A stretch of 64,000 bases of DNA from Gekko japonicus. Taxonomy: Eukaryota. How positions within the stretch are numbered: the first letter of the stretch is position 1; every line of letters starts with the position of its first letter. The notes beneath the pieces were generated by a model. It saw nothing but the letters and a program-made list of their open reading frames with translations. It was not told the DNA's origin and made no database searches. Below, in pieces: positions 61,475 through 64,000 of the stretch. The DNA is taken from contig NW_015166423.1 of assembly GCF_001447785.1 (NCBI RefSeq), positions 130,877-194,876 on the forward strand, written 5' to 3'. A program made the position numbers and the translations under genes.

Positions 61475-61748
61475 GGGCGATTTCTCACTAGAGCTGCCTC
61501 GCAGCACAGCGCCGTTTGCCCCGACACAAACATGTCAATTTCACACCCGAAACTCCGGGGCTGCATTTTGACTCGGAGCTTCGCCTGATTTCCTCCGCAG
61601 TTTCGTTTTTGAGGATCATGAAACTGCGGAGGAAATCGGGCGAAGCCCCGAGTCAAATGCAGCCCCGCAGCCTCGGGTGTGAAATTGACATGTTTGTGTT
61701 GGGGCAAACGGTGCTGTGCTGCGAGGCAGCTCTAGTGAGAAATTGCCC
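61475..61748. mobile_element. Near-perfect palindromic PIF/Harbinger MITE
   Basis: ~130-bp arms around a ~15-bp loop; TIR gggcgatttctcactag; 3-bp TSD TTA. Confidence 0.92.
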
Positions 61749-61960
61749 TTAGAGATTAAAGGACTGTCTCCCAATGGAATGTTATTATGGATGTTCCTGG
61801 TCAAAATTCCCTAAGGTGGGCATTTCCGAGATTTGATGTTGCTTACTGAGTAGACCTTTTCTCTTTTGTGATCACCCAACGTTCTTCAAGTGGTAAAAAC
61901 ACACAGTGAAGGGACTCTGATGGTGATCATATGGAAGACTATTTATGCATTTATTTAAAA

Positions 61961-63478
61961 CTAGGAATAAGGCCTGTTGTGGAAATAAATACAATGAGCT
62001 CTAGAAAGAGGCTCTTGGAAAGTGCCCTGGCCTTGGGCACTCAGCATCAATTTGCTGTGGCGGCCTCAACAGGGTATAATGACACAGAGTCCACCATTTT
62101 CTCCAGAGGAACTGATCTCTGCTACCTGAAGAGGAGTTGTAATTTTGAGTGATCTCCACCCCTCACCTGGAGATTGGCAATAATGGTTCCCCAGATTGGT
62201 AACAGTGGTTCCCCAGGAGGATATGGCTGGTTTGGAGGGTGGAGTCTATGGCATTGTACCTGTCTGAGATCCTACCCCTCCTCAAAGCCCACCCTCTCCA
62301 GTCTCCACTCCTCAAGTCTCCAGGAATTTCCCAACCTGTAGTTGGCAATTCTGTCTCCTTCCCAGCCAAGCATCAACCTGCTATTATCTGCCCCTCACTC
62401 TTCAGCTTTCTGTCTCCCCCACACACCCCTGCAGCCTCTACTGTGCTCTGAAGCTCTGACTGCTATGTCACATTGGCTGTCATAGGAGGGCCATCTCAGC
62501 AGAGTATAAGGACATAGAGTCCACCATTTTCTCCAGCTCTGAAGTGCTGACTGCTATGCCTAGGGTAGCCAACCTCCAGATGGAGCCTGAAGATTGCCAG
62601 GTATCATAGACTCTACCATAAAATCTCCAAGAATTTCCCTACCTGGAGCTGGCAACCCTAGTCAGGACTGGCCACAATGAGCTAGGCGTGGAAAGGGCCT
62701 TATACTGACAGAACCAAGCTTGGTTGCCTAGCAACAGGCACTGAGGGAAAGTAGGGTTGCCAGCTCTGAGTAGGGAAATACCTGGAGATTTGGGGGCTGG
62801 ATCCTGTGGAGGGCAGTATTTGAGGGCAGGTGGAAGGACTCAGCAGGGTATAATGCCATAGGGGAACTAATCTCTGCCTGGCAGACCCTGTTCTGAAGCA
62901 CTAACTGCTAGGCTACTCCTAGGGTAGCCAACCTCCAGGTGGAGCCTGAAGATCACCAGGTATCATAACTGAACTCCAGACAACAGATATCTCCCCCCCC
63001 CCTGGAGAAAATAACTGCTTTGGACAGTGGGGTCTATGGCATTCTGTTCAGCTGAGGCCTCTCCCCTCTCCAAACTCTGGCTTCCTTAGACTGGCTTCCT
63101 TAGACACAGAATATCCAGGAATTTCCCAAGCTGGAGCTGCCAACCCTAGTCAAGACGGGCCCCAATGAATTTATCAAAAAGGCCTGGAAAGGGTTTCTTT
63201 CTACCAGCAGCCACTGAAGGAAAACTTAGTTCCACAGAGGAGCCAAGCAGGAGAAGTGTCTTCATCGGGATAGACAGCCATTTGCCAGTAATTCTGACAG
63301 GGAACTGTGGCTGACGTGGGAGTGGGCGGGGAAGAGGAGCAGACCCAGCACCTGGCCAATGGCACGCGAGTACTCTTGACGGGCCGATGGCTGATGGGCC
63401 AGTGGCTGATGGAGTGCATTGCATAGCCAATGGGAGAGCTGGAAAATGCCACCCACTACTGAATTATGTATAAGGAGA
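61961..63478 (-). mobile_element. Probable non-autonomous Helitron containing several TAGGGTTGCCA MITE pieces
   Basis: Minus strand begins A|TCTCCTTATACATAATT and ends with a degenerate hairpin gctcattgt...acaacaggc, a short spacer and CTAG|T; no TSD. Confidence 0.72.
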
Positions 63479-63479
63479 T

Positions 63480-64000
63480 ATATTTGTAAACCTGCTTTTT
63501 CCCAGGCATCCCAGAACCCAAAGCAGGTAACAACAATATAGAAGCAATTTAATAAAACAATAAACATTAAAACAACAGATAAAAAGACATTTACAAAACC
63601 TTATGCCCCCACCAGCAGGGTACTTTCACTTTGTCTAGGCTAAAGTTGCCCCCCAAGCTCTTCAGAATGTTTCCCAGCCTCACCAGAATGCCAAGAGGGT
63701 AGGAGCCCTTCTGACATATTCTGGGAGGCTGTTCCAGAGGCATGGACAGTTGCTGACATAACCTGAACTTGGACCATGGCAGTCCTTGCTGGGAAGAATG
63801 GAGCTGCTGCATGGGAACATCCAAGGACAAGCAGGTGTGCAGACCCCAGTCCATAAAGGGCTTTAAAGGTCAGCATCAATATTTTGAATTGGACGTGGAA
63901 ACTAATTGGCAGCCTGTGAGAGGACTTCAGAATAGGCATGACGTAGTTATTGTCAGCTGACCCCAAGGACAAAGAAACCCAATGATCAGTTCTGTACTGA
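63480..64000 (-). mobile_element. L2 LINE 3' end, running off the window edge
   Basis: PILKSSHRLPISFHVQFKILMLTFKALYGLG followed by 3'UTR. Confidence 0.85.

Overview
Repeat-dense, apparently intronic or intergenic vertebrate DNA from a squamate reptile, most likely a gecko. This is inferred from the repeats: Sauria SINEs, Squam3-type SINEs with (CTT)n tails, 5S-derived SINEs, BovB, CR1, L2, L1 and TAGGGTTGCCA MITEs. There are four N gaps (26738-27090, 49297-49310, 50133-50357, 55868-56501). I recognise no host protein-coding exon; every ORF I can assign is transposon-derived. The largest element is a decayed Gypsy LTR retrotransposon (52881-60242) with the Gmr1-type order gag-protease-integrase-RT-RNaseH and a SCAN-like capsid. 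It is interrupted by a SINE and a CR1, has a BovB tail at its 5' edge and has no visible 3' LTR. Other notable structures: a probable non-autonomous Helitron loaded with hAT MITEs (61961-63478); a 68-bp stem in an L1 3'UTR whose four mismatches are all G.U on the L1 sense strand; a 159-bp duplication around a bare SINE tail; MITEs with clustered POU+KLF or ETS-CRE motifs; a 274-bp palindromic Harbinger MITE; and a duplicated minus-strand splice acceptor that may mark an unrecognised host transcript. Family names come from recalled consensus features, not database searches, and boundaries without a TSD are approximate.
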